DNA of 64,000 nt from Spirulina sp. (GTDB taxonomy: Bacteria; Cyanobacteriota; Cyanobacteriia; Phormidesmidales; Phormidesmidaceae). Location: the NCBI GenBank assembly GCA_044070495.1, contig JBIPSI010000016.1, positions 32,001 through 96,000 of the forward strand. The letters run 5' to 3'. The notes beneath the pieces were generated by a model. The model was not told the origin of the DNA, did not search any database, and saw only the letters and a list, made by a program, of their open reading frames with translations. Shown here one piece after another: positions 9,795 through 20,888 of this stretch; within the stretch, counting starts at the first letter, position 1, and each line of letters opens with the position of its first letter. The position numbers were made by a program, and so were the translations under genes.

Positions 9795-11548
9795 TGGGTT
9801 CTGGTTTAAGAATCAGAAGGATTTGGCCTACCGGATTCGCTGGGTTGGCCTTGGGGATTTGCCTGGGAATTGGCCTAGCGGTTGCGCCGAGCCTAGCCCA
9901 GGTGCCCGATCTGCCTCAGCCCCAGTGGTCTACCGTCGATCTCCGCCGCTACGACCTGCTTCAGTCCTATGATCTCGGCACCCTGTCCTTAACCCAAACC
10001 GGGGTGGAGCCAGAATGGGCCACCATGCCCGTGCCGCTAACCGGGGTGATTGGCCTACCCGCTGGCGATGACCCGGTGCCATGGGTGGTGCTGCTCCACG
10101 GTCGCCATGGGGGGTGTCACTTTGCGCTCAATCGCCCTAGCCAATGGCCCTGCGAGGATCCTGCCTACGACCAAGGCTTGGCCTACCTAGCCCAGGGTTT
10201 AGTCGAAGCGGGGTTTGGGGTAATCGTACCCAACCTCAATGCCGCCTTTTCCGCCACCTATGGGGCCACCCCTGAACGGCGAAACACCCTGGCGGATCAG
10301 CGCAGTCAGGCCATTATTGATGCCCACCTGACCCGGTTAGCCGCCGCCCATCGGGGGGAAGGTCCTGGTTTTGGGGCCGATCTCACCTCCCAGATCACCG
10401 ACCGAGTGGACTGGGAACGCCTGGGGATGGTGGGGCACTCCATGGGGGGCGGTGCAGCGGCGTTAAATGCCCTCACTCGGCAAGATCGAAACCGTCCGAC
10501 CCAAATCGCCAACGGCCTTGGCCCCGTTGCGGCGTTGATTCTGGTGGCCCCCACCCGCAGCCAGCCCCTCGCCCAGTGGGATGACCTTTACCAACTGCCC
10601 GACATCCCCACGGCCATCCTGCTCGGCGGCTGTGATCGCGACATCACCGATTTCAGCAGCCTCTACTACGCCGAAACCGCCCAGGAGGCCGACCGTACCA
10701 CCCCCGTGGCGGTGGTGATGCCCCTGGGGGCCAACCACAACTTTTTCAACGCCGCCGTCCGCGAAGACGACTACTACCGCCGCCCCGACCATACTGCCCT
10801 GTGCAACCCCCAGCAATCTCGCCAGCGCCTCTCGCGGGTGGCCCAAGAAACCTGGCTAACCCGCTACAGCCAAGCCTTTTTCGCCGTGATTTTTGAGCCT
10901 GAATCCGTCTCTGAAACGAACTTCGCCCTCGCGGCCCAGCAACCCGCCCCCGCCCAGATCGCCCAGGTATCCGTGATCAGCCATCTCGTTTGGCCAGCCG
11001 CCCAGCGTCACACTTTATTTGCTGCCCCAGCGTCCCCCATGCCTTGGCAGGGGGAAACCCGTCTTCGCTACGAAGCCAGCCCCAACCTCGATCTAACCCT
11101 ATGCCCCGCCTTTGCCCCCTGCGGCAACTTGCCCCGCCCCCAGCCCCAGTTCCCAAGTTTGCTGAGGCTCCGCTGGAGCACCCCCACCGAGGTTCTGCGA
11201 TTTCCCATTTCCAACGAGGATTTCCGGAATTTTAGCGCCCTACAACTGCGCCTAGCCGCCGACCCCAGCACCCCCAACCTCAGCCTAGCCATCATCTTGC
11301 GCGACCAAGCCGGACGGGCCGCCCGCGTGGAAATTCCGCCCAGCACCCCCGCCCTCTACACCTTCGATGCCCCCAACCGCTCAGCGGCCCTGCCCATCTA
11401 TCCCACCGCTGTCCGTATTCCCCTGGCCCAGTTCCATGGCGTGGATCTATCCGCCCTTGCCAGTCTCGACCTCGTACTAGACACAGCCCCCCAGGGCATC
11501 CTCTATCTGGATTCCATAGTGCTTCTGCAGGACGACCCGCAGGACTGA
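9794..11548 (+). CDS. Secreted alpha/beta hydrolase with a C-terminal beta-rich domain
   Basis: Signal-peptide-like N-terminus; LLHGRH, nucleophile GHSMGG, D.D and GANHNFFN. Confidence 0.75.
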   Translation: MGSGLRIRRIWPTGFAGLALGICLGIGLAVAPSLAQVPDLPQPQWSTVDLRRYDLLQSYDLGTLSLTQTGVEPEWATMPVPLTGVIGLPAGDDPVPWVVLLHGRHGGCHFALNRPSQWPCEDPAYDQGLAYLAQGLVEAGFGVIVPNLNAAFSATYGATPERRNTLADQRSQAIIDAHLTRLAAAHRGEGPGFGADLTSQITDRVDWERLGMVGHSMGGGAAALNALTRQDRNRPTQIANGLGPVAALILVAPTRSQPLAQWDDLYQLPDIPTAILLGGCDRDITDFSSLYYAETAQEADRTTPVAVVMPLGANHNFFNAAVREDDYYRRPDHTALCNPQQSRQRLSRVAQETWLTRYSQAFFAVIFEPESVSETNFALAAQQPAPAQIAQVSVISHLVWPAAQRHTLFAAPASPMPWQGETRLRYEASPNLDLTLCPAFAPCGNLPRPQPQFPSLLRLRWSTPTEVLRFPISNEDFRNFSALQLRLAADPSTPNLSLAIILRDQAGRAARVEIPPSTPALYTFDAPNRSAALPIYPTAVRIPLAQFHGVDLSALASLDLVLDTAPQGILYLDSIVLLQDDPQD

Positions 11549-11612
11549 CGAAAGATGATGTGGGCCGCGAATCCTCGAAACTTCGCCGCTGCCTAGGCTA
11601 AAATTGACAGCT

Positions 11613-12197
11613 ATGAATAGCGAACTCGACTACTCCCTTCCCCCCGCCGTACGCCGTATTGCCACCGCCTTTCGGTGGACGGGCTGGATCAGCTTTTGGA
11701 TTCAGGTGGTGTTGGCCACCGTATCTAGCCTTGTCCTGTTGTTTGCCTTAATCAGCATTGGGGCGCGGACATCGGTGGGTGGTGCCAATCCGGGAACAGG
11801 GGTCGGGGTGTTTCTGGCCCTAGCAGGGGTGGTGGCGGTCTATGTCAGTATTTACTGGGCCTTTCGCTATGCCCTGTTGGGTCGTCGTTTGCGTAGCCGC
11901 GATGCTAGCAAACGCCCCAGCCCCAAGGATGCCATCCAAGCCCTACGCATTGGCATCATCATCAGCATGGTGGGCATGTTGTTGACCCTGTTTGGGGGCC
12001 AAGCATTGATTGGATCGCTGCTGGGCAAGGCGCTGCTGCAACCCCAAGGCGGCACCGTTTTCATGCCCGGAAACATCAACCAATACGTAGAAGCCTTCGA
12101 TATTTTCATCGTTCAGGCCAATACCAACACGTTACTCGCCCATTTTGTTTCCCTATCGTCCACCCTCTGGCTACTACGCGTCGTCAATCGCGCCTAG
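11613..12197 (+). CDS. DUF3611 (Tic21/CIA5-like) membrane protein
   Basis: GWISFWIQVVL, DIFIVQANTNTLLAHF; four hydrophobic segments. Confidence 0.85.
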   Translation: MNSELDYSLPPAVRRIATAFRWTGWISFWIQVVLATVSSLVLLFALISIGARTSVGGANPGTGVGVFLALAGVVAVYVSIYWAFRYALLGRRLRSRDASKRPSPKDAIQALRIGIIISMVGMLLTLFGGQALIGSLLGKALLQPQGGTVFMPGNINQYVEAFDIFIVQANTNTLLAHFVSLSSTLWLLRVVNRA

Positions 12198-12244
12198 GAA
12201 CTCGGTAAGATAGGGGCGCAGGTTGTGAGGACAGGGCCACTGAA

Positions 12245-13474
12245 ATGATGGATGTGTTGGTCATTGGGGCTGGCCCCGCTGGGTTGTCGCTGGCGGCGGA
12301 GCTAGGGCAACGGGGGCTATCTGTGCAAGGCTTATCCCTCACCGATCCGGCGGATCCGCTGCCGAATACCTACGGCATTTGGGTGGATGAACTAGAGGAC
12401 ATTGGCCACACCGCATGGTTATCCCATCGCTGGAAAAACTGTGTGGTAGAAGTGCGGGGCCGGACATTGCCCCTGCGCCGGGAGTATGGCCTGATTGATC
12501 GGCAGCTTGTGCAAGCCCACTGGCTGACCACAGCGGAGAAGCATGGTGTGACCTGGCGGCGGGGAGCGGTGGCCCAAGCCCACACCACCGCCCAAGGCAC
12601 AGAATTGATCACCCAAGCCGGGGATACTCTATCGGCCCGCATCGTGGTGGATGCCACCGGACATCAGCCCGTTTTGGTGCAGCGACAGACCAAGGCCAAT
12701 GTGGCCTACCAGGCGGCCTACGGCATTGTGGGGCGCTTTTCCAAGCCTCCCATCGAAGCTCAGCAAATGGTGCTGATGGACTTCCAGGATGATCACCTGC
12801 CAAAACCCGAACGACAAACCTTCCCCACCTTTCTGTACGCCATGGATCTGGGGAACGACTGCTACTTTGTGGAAGAAACCTCCCTAGCCCACCATCCCGC
12901 CATTACCATGGACACCCTCAAGCAGCGGCTCTACCAGCGATTGCGCTACCGGGGGGTGGAGGTATCCGAAATTCACCACGAAGAGCACTGCCTGTTCCCC
13001 ATGAATCTGCCCCTGCCCGACCTGAACCAGCCTGTTGTGGGCTTTGGCGGCGCGGCCAGCATGGTTCATCCGGCCTCGGGCTATTTGTTTGGGGCCTTGC
13101 TGCGGCGAGGGCCAGTTCTCGCTGCCGCCATCGCCGCAGCCCTCGACCAACCCGACCTCACCACACCCCAGATCGCCCAGCGGGCCTGGAATGCCCTGTG
13201 GCCACCAGATCGCCTGCGTAAGCACTACCTCTACCTATTTGGGCTAGAAAACCTGATGGACTTCAGCCCCACCCAGATCAACCACTTTTTTGAAGCCTTC
13301 TTCCAGCTCGAAACAGAAGACTGGGCGGGCTTTCTGTCCGATGGGCTCTCCCTGCCTCAGGTGGTACAGTCCATGCTGGGCCTCTTTGGGCAGGCCTCCA
13401 ACGATGTGCGCTGGGGGCTGATGACCTCCGTGACCCGCCACGGTTCTCTGCTGCAACGGACGATCACGCTGTAG
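12245..13474 (+). CDS. crtL: Lycopene cyclase, CrtL type
   Basis: GAGPAG FAD site, NTYGIWVDE, YQAAYG, PTFLYAM, FVEETSL, FGGAASMVHPASGY. Confidence 0.85.
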   Translation: MMDVLVIGAGPAGLSLAAELGQRGLSVQGLSLTDPADPLPNTYGIWVDELEDIGHTAWLSHRWKNCVVEVRGRTLPLRREYGLIDRQLVQAHWLTTAEKHGVTWRRGAVAQAHTTAQGTELITQAGDTLSARIVVDATGHQPVLVQRQTKANVAYQAAYGIVGRFSKPPIEAQQMVLMDFQDDHLPKPERQTFPTFLYAMDLGNDCYFVEETSLAHHPAITMDTLKQRLYQRLRYRGVEVSEIHHEEHCLFPMNLPLPDLNQPVVGFGGAASMVHPASGYLFGALLRRGPVLAAAIAAALDQPDLTTPQIAQRAWNALWPPDRLRKHYLYLFGLENLMDFSPTQINHFFEAFFQLETEDWAGFLSDGLSLPQVVQSMLGLFGQASNDVRWGLMTSVTRHGSLLQRTITL

Positions 13475-13502
13475 AAGTTGATTGGCCATTTGGGGGCACG
13501 CC

Positions 13503-15119
13503 ATGCTAACCAGTCTAATTTTGGTGCTCCTAGGTGGGTTTTTCGCCGGACAGTTGGCCGCCCGACTCAGAATTCCCGCCTTGGTGGGTATGATTGTCAT
13601 CGGTATTGTCCTGGGGCCACAGGGGCAAAACTGGCTCAGCGCAGACTTTATGGAGATTGCCGACCCCTGGCGCACCCTGGCGGTGATGGTGATTTTGATG
13701 AAGGCAGGGCTGGGGCTGGATGCCGAGAAACTGGCCCAGCAGGGGACGGTGGCCCTACGGTTGGGGTTTCTGCCTGCGGCGTGTGAAGCGGTGGTGATTG
13801 CCCTGGCGGCCACAGTGTTGCTGGGGTTCGACTTCGCCCATGGTCTGCTGCTGGGCTGCATCATTGGCGCAGAATCTCCGGCGGTGATTGTGCCTGCAAT
13901 GCTGCGGCTTAAGAGCCTGGGCTGGGGGGTGGCCAAGGGCATCCCAGACGCCATTTTGATGGGGAGTGCCCTTTCGGATGTACTGCTGCTGCTGGTGTTT
14001 AGCCTGCTGATGACGTTTCTTTCCCAGGGATCGGCTACGGGTTTTCGCTGGGGGATAATCTCCCTCAGCCCAGTGCAGGCCCTCCCCTTTCAAATGCTGG
14101 TGCAAATTAGCCTGGGGATTGTCATCGGCTGGGCCTGGGCGCAGATGTTGGTACTGCTGCTAGCTCGGCAAAACTGGGTGCAAAGCATCGTCCAGGAGGC
14201 CATGGTGGCGGCGAGTTTGGCCCTGCTGCTGGTGGTGCTGGCGGAAACCCTGCCGATTTTCTCCGGCTATCTGGCGGTGATGGCGACGGGATTTTTTTTG
14301 ATTGCCCTGGATGCCCCCCTGGCTCGACGGCTGCGCCATAGCTTTGATGGCCTGTGGGCGGTGGCGCAAATTGGGTTGTTTGTGTTGTTGGGGGCCAGCC
14401 TGCGGTTAGAAGTGCTGGGCAACACGGTGGCGGTAGGGCTGCTGCTGTTGGCCCTGGGAACCCTGGTGGGGCGGGGGCTGGGCTGGTGGCTCTCTACCCT
14501 GGGCAGCAATTGGACTTGGAAAGAGCGGCTGTTTCTGCTGCCGGGAAATTCGGCCAAGGCCACGGTGCAGGCCGCCATTGGGGCCGTTCCTCTATCCCTA
14601 GGGTTGGCCGGAGGAGAAACCATGTTAGCCATAGCGGCCCTTTCGATTTTGGTGACAGCCCCCCTGGGCGCTTGGGCCATTCCCACCTTTGCCCCCCGCC
14701 TGCTGGAACGGGGCGAGGTCGATCCGACTAAAGTTTCCGTGGCGCAGAAGGTCGTGATTTTGGCGGCGGTGGATACCTCTCCCTTGGCCCCCGTGGTGCT
14801 CACTAAGGCGGCGGAACTGGCCCGTCGCAGCGAAGGCGAGGTGATTGTCCTCCATGTGCCGCAGTGGGAGGATGCCCAGGCTGAGGCCCAAATCCAGGCC
14901 CAAGCCCAGCGCTACCTGGCCGACATTCGTCACCAGGTCTTGATTCAGCCCGGTGTGATTGCCGAAACCATCCTCGCCACCGCCCAGGCCCACGCGGCCA
15001 CGGAAATTCTGCTAGGCAAGCGCGGGCACCGTCCCCTGGCGGAGGTTATCCTTGGCTCCGTATCGCAAACCATCCTTGAAACCAGTCCTATTCCCGTGCT
15101 GGTGCTGGAAACCGTCTAG
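13503..15119 (+). CDS. Cation:proton antiporter with C-terminal universal stress protein domain
   Basis: About 12 TM segments with ESPAVIVP and AKATVQAAIG; C-terminal AAVD.S...GKRG....ILGSVS. Confidence 0.88.
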   Translation: MLTSLILVLLGGFFAGQLAARLRIPALVGMIVIGIVLGPQGQNWLSADFMEIADPWRTLAVMVILMKAGLGLDAEKLAQQGTVALRLGFLPAACEAVVIALAATVLLGFDFAHGLLLGCIIGAESPAVIVPAMLRLKSLGWGVAKGIPDAILMGSALSDVLLLLVFSLLMTFLSQGSATGFRWGIISLSPVQALPFQMLVQISLGIVIGWAWAQMLVLLLARQNWVQSIVQEAMVAASLALLLVVLAETLPIFSGYLAVMATGFFLIALDAPLARRLRHSFDGLWAVAQIGLFVLLGASLRLEVLGNTVAVGLLLLALGTLVGRGLGWWLSTLGSNWTWKERLFLLPGNSAKATVQAAIGAVPLSLGLAGGETMLAIAALSILVTAPLGAWAIPTFAPRLLERGEVDPTKVSVAQKVVILAAVDTSPLAPVVLTKAAELARRSEGEVIVLHVPQWEDAQAEAQIQAQAQRYLADIRHQVLIQPGVIAETILATAQAHAATEILLGKRGHRPLAEVILGSVSQTILETSPIPVLVLETV

Positions 15120-15376
15120 TACCCGATCCGACTTGGAAAACCTTGATTTCCGGCCTGAAAATTCTCGGCATGCCAAACCGTAGCGATGATCTCTTGGCCA
15201 TGCAACCCGCTCGTGCCTAGGGTTCTCCATCCCAGGGCGTCGCTAGCACCACGACTACAACAAAACTTTAAAGGAGCAAAAAAGTACCGCCCTGTGTAGG
15301 ATGTATTAGAGCTTGCTGTAATACCTAAAAGGCTTGTCCTACGTGGGTTACGCTGCATTAACCCACTGTCCTGCCA

Positions 15377-16561
15377 ATGCCCCATAATCCCGTGCTGTTT
15401 GATGTGCTGAAAGATCGCCTGCGGCAAGCGCCCCAGGGTCGGATCACCTTTGCGGAATTTATGGATCTCGCCCTCTACGATCCGGCAGGGGGCTACTATG
15501 CCACCCAGGTTGCCGCCGTTGGCCCCCAGGGGGATTTTGTTACCTCGCCCCACCTCAGCCGCGATTTTGGCGAATTGTTGGCGGTGCAACTGGTGGAACT
15601 GTGGCATCACCTGGGCCAACCTGCGCCGTTTACCCTGGTGGAAATGGGGGCAGGACAGGGCATTATGGCCGCTGATGTATTAGCCTATCTGCAAAGCCAG
15701 TTTCAGGACTGTTTTGCCGTTCTAGACTACCGAATGGTAGAAAAATCCCCAGTATTGCGGCACATTCAGAAAAAACGGCTGGAAACCTGGTCAAATCAAG
15801 TAACCTGGTGCGATTGGGCCGACTTGGCGGCAAATTCGGTGACGGGCTGCTGTTTTTCCAACGAACTCGTCGATGCCTTGCCTGTACATCAGGTGATTCT
15901 GACCGAAACGGGGCTTCAGGAAATCTACGTCACCCTAGACGAGGAAAGCGGCACCCTCAAGGAAGTGAACGGCCCCCTATCCACCCCTCGCCTTGCGGCA
16001 TATTTTGACCTAGTGGGGATAGATTGGGCCAAGGGCTATCCCCTGGGCTACCGCACCGAGGCCCACCTGGCCGCCCTAGATTGGATCGCCACCGTGGCCC
16101 ATGTACTGCACCGGGGCTACCTGCTCACCATCGACTACGGCTACCCCGCCGAGCGCTACTACCACCCCAACCGCGCCCAGGGCACGCTGCAATGCTACTA
16201 CCAACATGCCCACCACAACGATCCCTACCGCTACCTGGGCCACCAAGATATCACTGCCCACGTCAATTTCACGGCCTTAGAACGGCAGGGAGAACAGTGC
16301 GGCCTCAGCACCCTGGGCCGCACCCAGCAGGCGATGTTTCTGATGTCTTTAGGATTAGGAGATCGCCTTATGGATCTCGCCAAAATCCAATCCACCGACC
16401 CCGCCATCGTCAACCAAGCCATCCAGCGCCGCGACCAAATTCATCAGCTCATGAATCCCATGGGATTAGGGAACTTTTGGGTGTTGCTCCAGGGCAAAAA
16501 CCTATCCCCAGCGGTCACGGCCCAATCTCTGCGCGGATTCACGATTCCGCCCCTGGCCTAG
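15377..16561 (+). CDS. SAM-dependent methyltransferase, MidA/NDUFAF7 family
   Basis: FAEFMDLALY..GYY, GDFVTSP, VEMGAGQG, SNELVDALP, IDYG, QDITAHVNF. Confidence 0.92.
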   Translation: MPHNPVLFDVLKDRLRQAPQGRITFAEFMDLALYDPAGGYYATQVAAVGPQGDFVTSPHLSRDFGELLAVQLVELWHHLGQPAPFTLVEMGAGQGIMAADVLAYLQSQFQDCFAVLDYRMVEKSPVLRHIQKKRLETWSNQVTWCDWADLAANSVTGCCFSNELVDALPVHQVILTETGLQEIYVTLDEESGTLKEVNGPLSTPRLAAYFDLVGIDWAKGYPLGYRTEAHLAALDWIATVAHVLHRGYLLTIDYGYPAERYYHPNRAQGTLQCYYQHAHHNDPYRYLGHQDITAHVNFTALERQGEQCGLSTLGRTQQAMFLMSLGLGDRLMDLAKIQSTDPAIVNQAIQRRDQIHQLMNPMGLGNFWVLLQGKNLSPAVTAQSLRGFTIPPLA

Positions 16562-16685
16562 CGACGGTCAAAGCCAAGGGTTTTCGGCCCAGAATCCAAA
16601 GCTTTGTGTCTATCTCCGACCAGTTCGTAAAATTCCCCCTAGGTTAGGGAATGTTGGAGATGGTTCCCTTCACCCTTGGATAGCG

Positions 16686-17420
16686 ATGGCAACGCGATAC
16701 TATTTATACGGTATTTTTCCGGCCCCTGGCCCCCAGCCAGTATCGATGGTGGGCTTAGATGATCAGCCCGTCCAGGCTTGGACATCCGGCAATTTTACCT
16801 TTCTCTATTCCGTGGCTTGCCAAAAGCGCTACTTGGCCAGCCGCCAAAATTTGATCACCCACGAAAAGGTGCTCGAAACGGCCATGCAACTGGGCTACCG
16901 CACCCTCCTACCGCTTCAATTTGGCCTCACGGTAGACGGTTGGGATCAGGTGCAGGAGGATTTGATCGCCCCCTACAGCGAGTCCCTCACCCAGTTGTTC
17001 CAGCGTTTAGACGGCTGTCGCGAGGTAAGCGTTAAGGTGATGTGGGATGCCGCCACGGAACTGGAACTGCTGATGGCCGAAAACGACGACCTGCGCCACC
17101 AGCGGGATCAGCTAGAGGGCACTCAGCTCAGCATGGATCAGGTGATCGCCATTGGGCAGCGCATCGAGGCCGCCCTCAACGACCGGCGGGAAGATATTGC
17201 CAACCAGTTTCGCCAAGCCTTTGCCCCTCTGGCTAAGGACAGCCTGGAAAACGACCCCATGACCGACACGATGATTTTCAACGCCGCCTACCTGATTCCC
17301 TGGGAGGCCGAACCCGCCTTTAGTCGGGCCTTGGATGAGGTGGATGCCACCTTTGGGGAGCGTCTGCGGGTGCGCTACAACAATTTCACAGCCCCCTACA
17401 ACTTCGCCCAACTCAGTTAG
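16686..17420 (+). CDS. gvpF: Gas vesicle protein GvpF/GvpL family
   Basis: YLYGI, HEKVLE..M..LLPLQFG, NAAYLIPW, APYNFA; followed by gvpG. Confidence 0.88.
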   Translation: MATRYYLYGIFPAPGPQPVSMVGLDDQPVQAWTSGNFTFLYSVACQKRYLASRQNLITHEKVLETAMQLGYRTLLPLQFGLTVDGWDQVQEDLIAPYSESLTQLFQRLDGCREVSVKVMWDAATELELLMAENDDLRHQRDQLEGTQLSMDQVIAIGQRIEAALNDRREDIANQFRQAFAPLAKDSLENDPMTDTMIFNAAYLIPWEAEPAFSRALDEVDATFGERLRVRYNNFTAPYNFAQLS

Positions 17421-17525
17421 TCACGGGAACGATTAACAGACCAAGGGATGCCTAGAACCCTTCTCTGGCGGGCGTTGTCCATCCTGCCATTCATTTAGTC
17501 TTTGCTGTCCTGGGGAATTTTGACC

Positions 17526-17768
17526 ATGCTCCTAAAACTGCTCTTTGCCCCGGTGCTCGGCCCCATTGAGGGGGTAGCCTGGATTGCCGACAAAATCCTG
17601 GAACAGGCCGACATGCCCACCAACGATGCCGAGAGCTTGCAGAAGCAGCTCCTCACTCTGCAACTCTCCTTTGATATGGGCGAGATCAGCGAGGAAGACT
17701 TTGTTATCCAGGAAGAAGAAATTCTTCTGGCTCTGCAAGCCCTGGAAGATGAGGAGGATGAAGACTAG
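17526..17768 (+). CDS. gvpG: Gas vesicle protein GvpG
   Basis: LLFAPVLGPI.G..WI, LQLSFDMGEISEEDF..EEEIL. Confidence 0.88.
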   Translation: MLLKLLFAPVLGPIEGVAWIADKILEQADMPTNDAESLQKQLLTLQLSFDMGEISEEDFVIQEEEILLALQALEDEEDED

Positions 17769-17853
17769 CGCTCAATATGAGCTCAATATGATCAGACGAT
17801 CCCCAGTGACGATGGAGGTAAAAGTCGATTCTTGTGAGTCAGATTAAGGATAA

Positions 17854-17925
17854 CTGGGGTGCTAGGATTCGAACCTAGGAATGGCGGGACCAAAACCCGC
17901 TGCCTTACCACTTGGCGACACCCCA
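17854..17925 (-). tRNA. trnQ: tRNA-Gln(TTG)
   Basis: Reverse complement TGGGGTGTCGCCAAGTGGTAAGGCAGCGGGTTTTGGTCCCGCCATTCCTAGGTTCGAATCCTAGCACCCCAG folds as a cloverleaf with anticodon TTG. Confidence 0.96.
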
Positions 17926-18120
17926 TTGCGTTGCCTTTCGTAATATAGCAGGTTTATCCGGCCCAATGTCAAGCTTTTTTGATGGACTTTTTTAGGACAG
18001 GTTGGATGGATCAGAGGGCGCTAAAAAAATAGCGTTTCGTCCTTGGGGGCCGCCGAGGTCGCGTGGCCGATTGGTATAGTAGGGAGATATTTTCAGCCGA
18101 TCCCCCTTGGTGAAACGCCC

Positions 18121-19407
18121 ATGCTGCCTGCCTTGACTCAATTTGGCGAAGAAATGTCCCACCTGACGGGGGTTCGCGCCATTATGAAGGACATCATCGA
18201 AACCTTGCGGGCGGGACAGGGGCGAGACTTTATCAACCTCAGTGCAGGCAATCCGGTGATTTTGCCGGAGGTGGAGCAGCTTTGGCGCGACTGCACCCAG
18301 GACTTGCTCAACAGTGCGGAATATGGCCAGGTGGTCTGTCGCTACGGCACTAGCCAGGGCTATGAACCCTTGGTGGAGGCCATCTGTAACGACTTCAACC
18401 GGCGCTATGGGTTGTCCCTCACCCACCGCCACATTTTGATTACCCCCGGCAGTCAGGCGCTTTACTTTTTGGCGGCCAACGCCATCGGCGGCCACACCCG
18501 CAGCGGCCAACTGAAGGAGATCGTGCTACCCCTCAGCCCCGACTACACGGGCTACGGCGGCATTTCCCTGGTGCCGGAGGCGGTGAAGGCCTACCGTCCG
18601 GCCCTGGAGGTGGATGAGGCAGGTCATCGGTTTAAGTATCGGCCCGATTTCAGCCAGCTTCAGATTACGGCGGAGACAGGGTTTGTGCTATTTTCCCGCC
18701 CCTGCAACCCCACGGGCAACGTGATCAGCGACGAGGAAGTGCGCCAGATTGCCGATCTCGCTGCCATGCATCAGGTGCCCGTGCTGATCGACTCGGCCTA
18801 TGCCCCACCCTTCCCGGCCCTGAATTTCACGGAGATGACCCCCCTTTTTGGCGACAACGTCCTCCACTGCATGAGCCTCTCCAAGGCCGGACTACCGGGG
18901 GAACGGGTGGGGGTCGCCATTGGCGATCCGGCCCTAATTGAGGTGCTGGAATGCTTCCAGACCAACCTCTGCATCCACTCCTCCCGCTACGGCCAAGCCA
19001 TTGCTGCCCGCGCCATCGCCTCCGGTGCCCTGGCGAACATCTCGGAACAGGTGATCCGCCCCTACTACCAAGACAAGTTTGCGGTGCTAGAAGCTGCGTT
19101 GGATGCGGCCATGCCCCGGTCGGTACCCTGGTATCTGCATCGGGGCGAGGGGGCGATTTTTGCCTGGATCTGGTTCGACCATCTGCCCATCACCGATCAA
19201 GACCTGTACCAACGCCTCAAACAGGAGGGGGTGATTGTGGTGCCCGGAAATCCCTTCTTCCCTGGCCTGCGGGAGGATTGGCCCCACACCCGCCAATGCC
19301 TGCGAATTAGCCTCACCGCCAGCGCCACCGACCTCACCCAGGCCGTGGATCGCTTGGCCAAGGTGGTAGACGAAATTTATGCCGCCGCTGCCGTGGCGGC
19401 GGTCTAG
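18121..19407 (+). CDS. avtA: Valine--pyruvate aminotransferase
   Basis: [25 protein letters not shown] lysine in [19 protein letters not shown]. Confidence 0.9.
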   Translation: MLPALTQFGEEMSHLTGVRAIMKDIIETLRAGQGRDFINLSAGNPVILPEVEQLWRDCTQDLLNSAEYGQVVCRYGTSQGYEPLVEAICNDFNRRYGLSLTHRHILITPGSQALYFLAANAIGGHTRSGQLKEIVLPLSPDYTGYGGISLVPEAVKAYRPALEVDEAGHRFKYRPDFSQLQITAETGFVLFSRPCNPTGNVISDEEVRQIADLAAMHQVPVLIDSAYAPPFPALNFTEMTPLFGDNVLHCMSLSKAGLPGERVGVAIGDPALIEVLECFQTNLCIHSSRYGQAIAARAIASGALANISEQVIRPYYQDKFAVLEAALDAAMPRSVPWYLHRGEGAIFAWIWFDHLPITDQDLYQRLKQEGVIVVPGNPFFPGLREDWPHTRQCLRISLTASATDLTQAVDRLAKVVDEIYAAAAVAAV

Positions 19408-19414
19408 GACAACC

Positions 19415-20002
19415 ATGGCAGACACCGATTGGATTGAAATTGGCCGCATTGTGTCCCCCCAGGGGGTGCGGGGTGAGGTGCGCGTTTACCCCAGCAGCGA
19501 TTTTCCTGAGCGTTTTTTGGATCCAGGGCCGCGCTGGTTGAAGCGTCCCCAACGTCCTGATCCAGAAGCCATTACCCTCGTGCAGGGGCGATCCCTGGAT
19601 GGCAAGGGCTTGTACATCGTGAAGCTAGAGGGCATCGACGACCGCACCCAAGCCGAAACCCTGCGCGGCTGTGCCCTGCTGGTGCCTGCCGAGGATCGCC
19701 CCGATCTCGAAGAAGGAGAGTTCTACGCCGCCGACCTGATGGGGCTGCGGGTGATCCTCCAGGCCACCGGAGCCGAAATTGGCCTCGTCACCGACCTCTA
19801 CGAAGCCGGAAATGACCTGCTAGAAGTGACCCTTCACCCCAGCGCATCCCAGTCGGAAATCCCGGATACCCAGGATCAGCCCAAGGACAAAACAAAGTCC
19901 CGCAAGGTGTTGGTACCCTTTGTCGAGGCTATCGTTCCGGTGGTGGATCTAGCCCAGGGCTGTCTCTATCTGACTCCCCCGGAAGGGTTGATCGATCCAT
20001 AG
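19415..20002 (+). CDS. rimM: 16S rRNA processing protein RimM
   Basis: [39 protein letters not shown]. Confidence 0.95.
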   Translation: MADTDWIEIGRIVSPQGVRGEVRVYPSSDFPERFLDPGPRWLKRPQRPDPEAITLVQGRSLDGKGLYIVKLEGIDDRTQAETLRGCALLVPAEDRPDLEEGEFYAADLMGLRVILQATGAEIGLVTDLYEAGNDLLEVTLHPSASQSEIPDTQDQPKDKTKSRKVLVPFVEAIVPVVDLAQGCLYLTPPEGLIDP

Positions 20003-20063
20003 CAACGGTTTTCCCGATGGTTCATCCACTCCATCGATTGCCACCGATTGACTCAGAATTTGG

Positions 20064-20888
20064 CTAGTAGGGGTTGCGTTCTGGGCAGTCGCGGAAGGAA
20101 TATTCCCCCCCCGGCAGGTGGGTTTCGCAGACAATCGCCCCATCGAACGCCCCAGGATCCACCTGTGCTCTGCCCATGGTGGCTCCAGTAAAATCGGTGC
20201 CCTTGAGATTAGCCCCCCGCAGATTGACGTTGTATAACCCAGCATAGCTGAGGCTGGCCCCCTGCAAATTAGCCCCACTTAGGTTGGCATCCTTGAGGGA
20301 AAGCTGGCTGAGGTCGAGATTTTGAAGGTCTAACCCCTGAAGATTGGCCCCCATCATTTGCACACGCTTAGGCCCGCCGATGGTGGCTCCCTGGAGGTTA
20401 GCTCCCTGTAAGTTAGCGCCATTCAGACTGGCTCCGGTGAGGATGCTGCCGCCGAGGTTGGCCCCGGTTAGATCGGCTCTGTCTAGGACGCTGTCTTCAA
20501 AGGTGGCGTTCTGGAGATTGGCCCCGCTCAGATTAGCCCCCACCAGCCGCGTGGTACCCGCCCCAAACTGGGAAGGTGGGCTGCTGAGCTTAGCTCCACT
20601 GAGGTTGGCCCCCGCTAACATGGCCCCACTCAGGTCAGAATAAACGGCGTTAATGCCCGACAAGTCTTCCCCCGCCAGATCCACCCCCTGCAAATCGCAT
20701 TCAATGCAAGTTCGATGAACCAGCAACGCCTGACGAGGGCCACCAAACGACACGGCACAACTCCCTAGGCCCAGCAGCATCCCCCCAAACACCCCTCGGA
20801 TACCCAAGTTGCTGTCGCTGTGACACCATCGAGACACAGCCCTCGCCCAGGATTCTACGGTCAACGGTTCTCTAGAAAACGGATTCAT
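20064..20888 (-). CDS. Pentapeptide repeat (lipo)protein
   Basis: Long runs of A(N/D)LxG repeats; C..CDL N-cap. Confidence 0.9.
   Translation of the reverse strand: MNPFSREPLTVESWARAVSRWCHSDSNLGIRGVFGGMLLGLGSCAVSFGGPRQALLVHRTCIECDLQGVDLAGEDLSGINAVYSDLSGAMLAGANLSGAKLSSPPSQFGAGTTRLVGANLSGANLQNATFEDSVLDRADLTGANLGGSILTGASLNGANLQGANLQGATIGGPKRVQMMGANLQGLDLQNLDLSQLSLKDANLSGANLQGASLSYAGLYNVNLRGANLKGTDFTGATMGRAQVDPGAFDGAIVCETHLPGGEYSFRDCPERNPY

Noticed and set aside
17769..17791. 11-bp tandem duplication GCTCAATATGA (and the 10-bp TAGATCCTTG duplication near 48441)
   Set aside because: Simple two-copy slippage events with no further structure.
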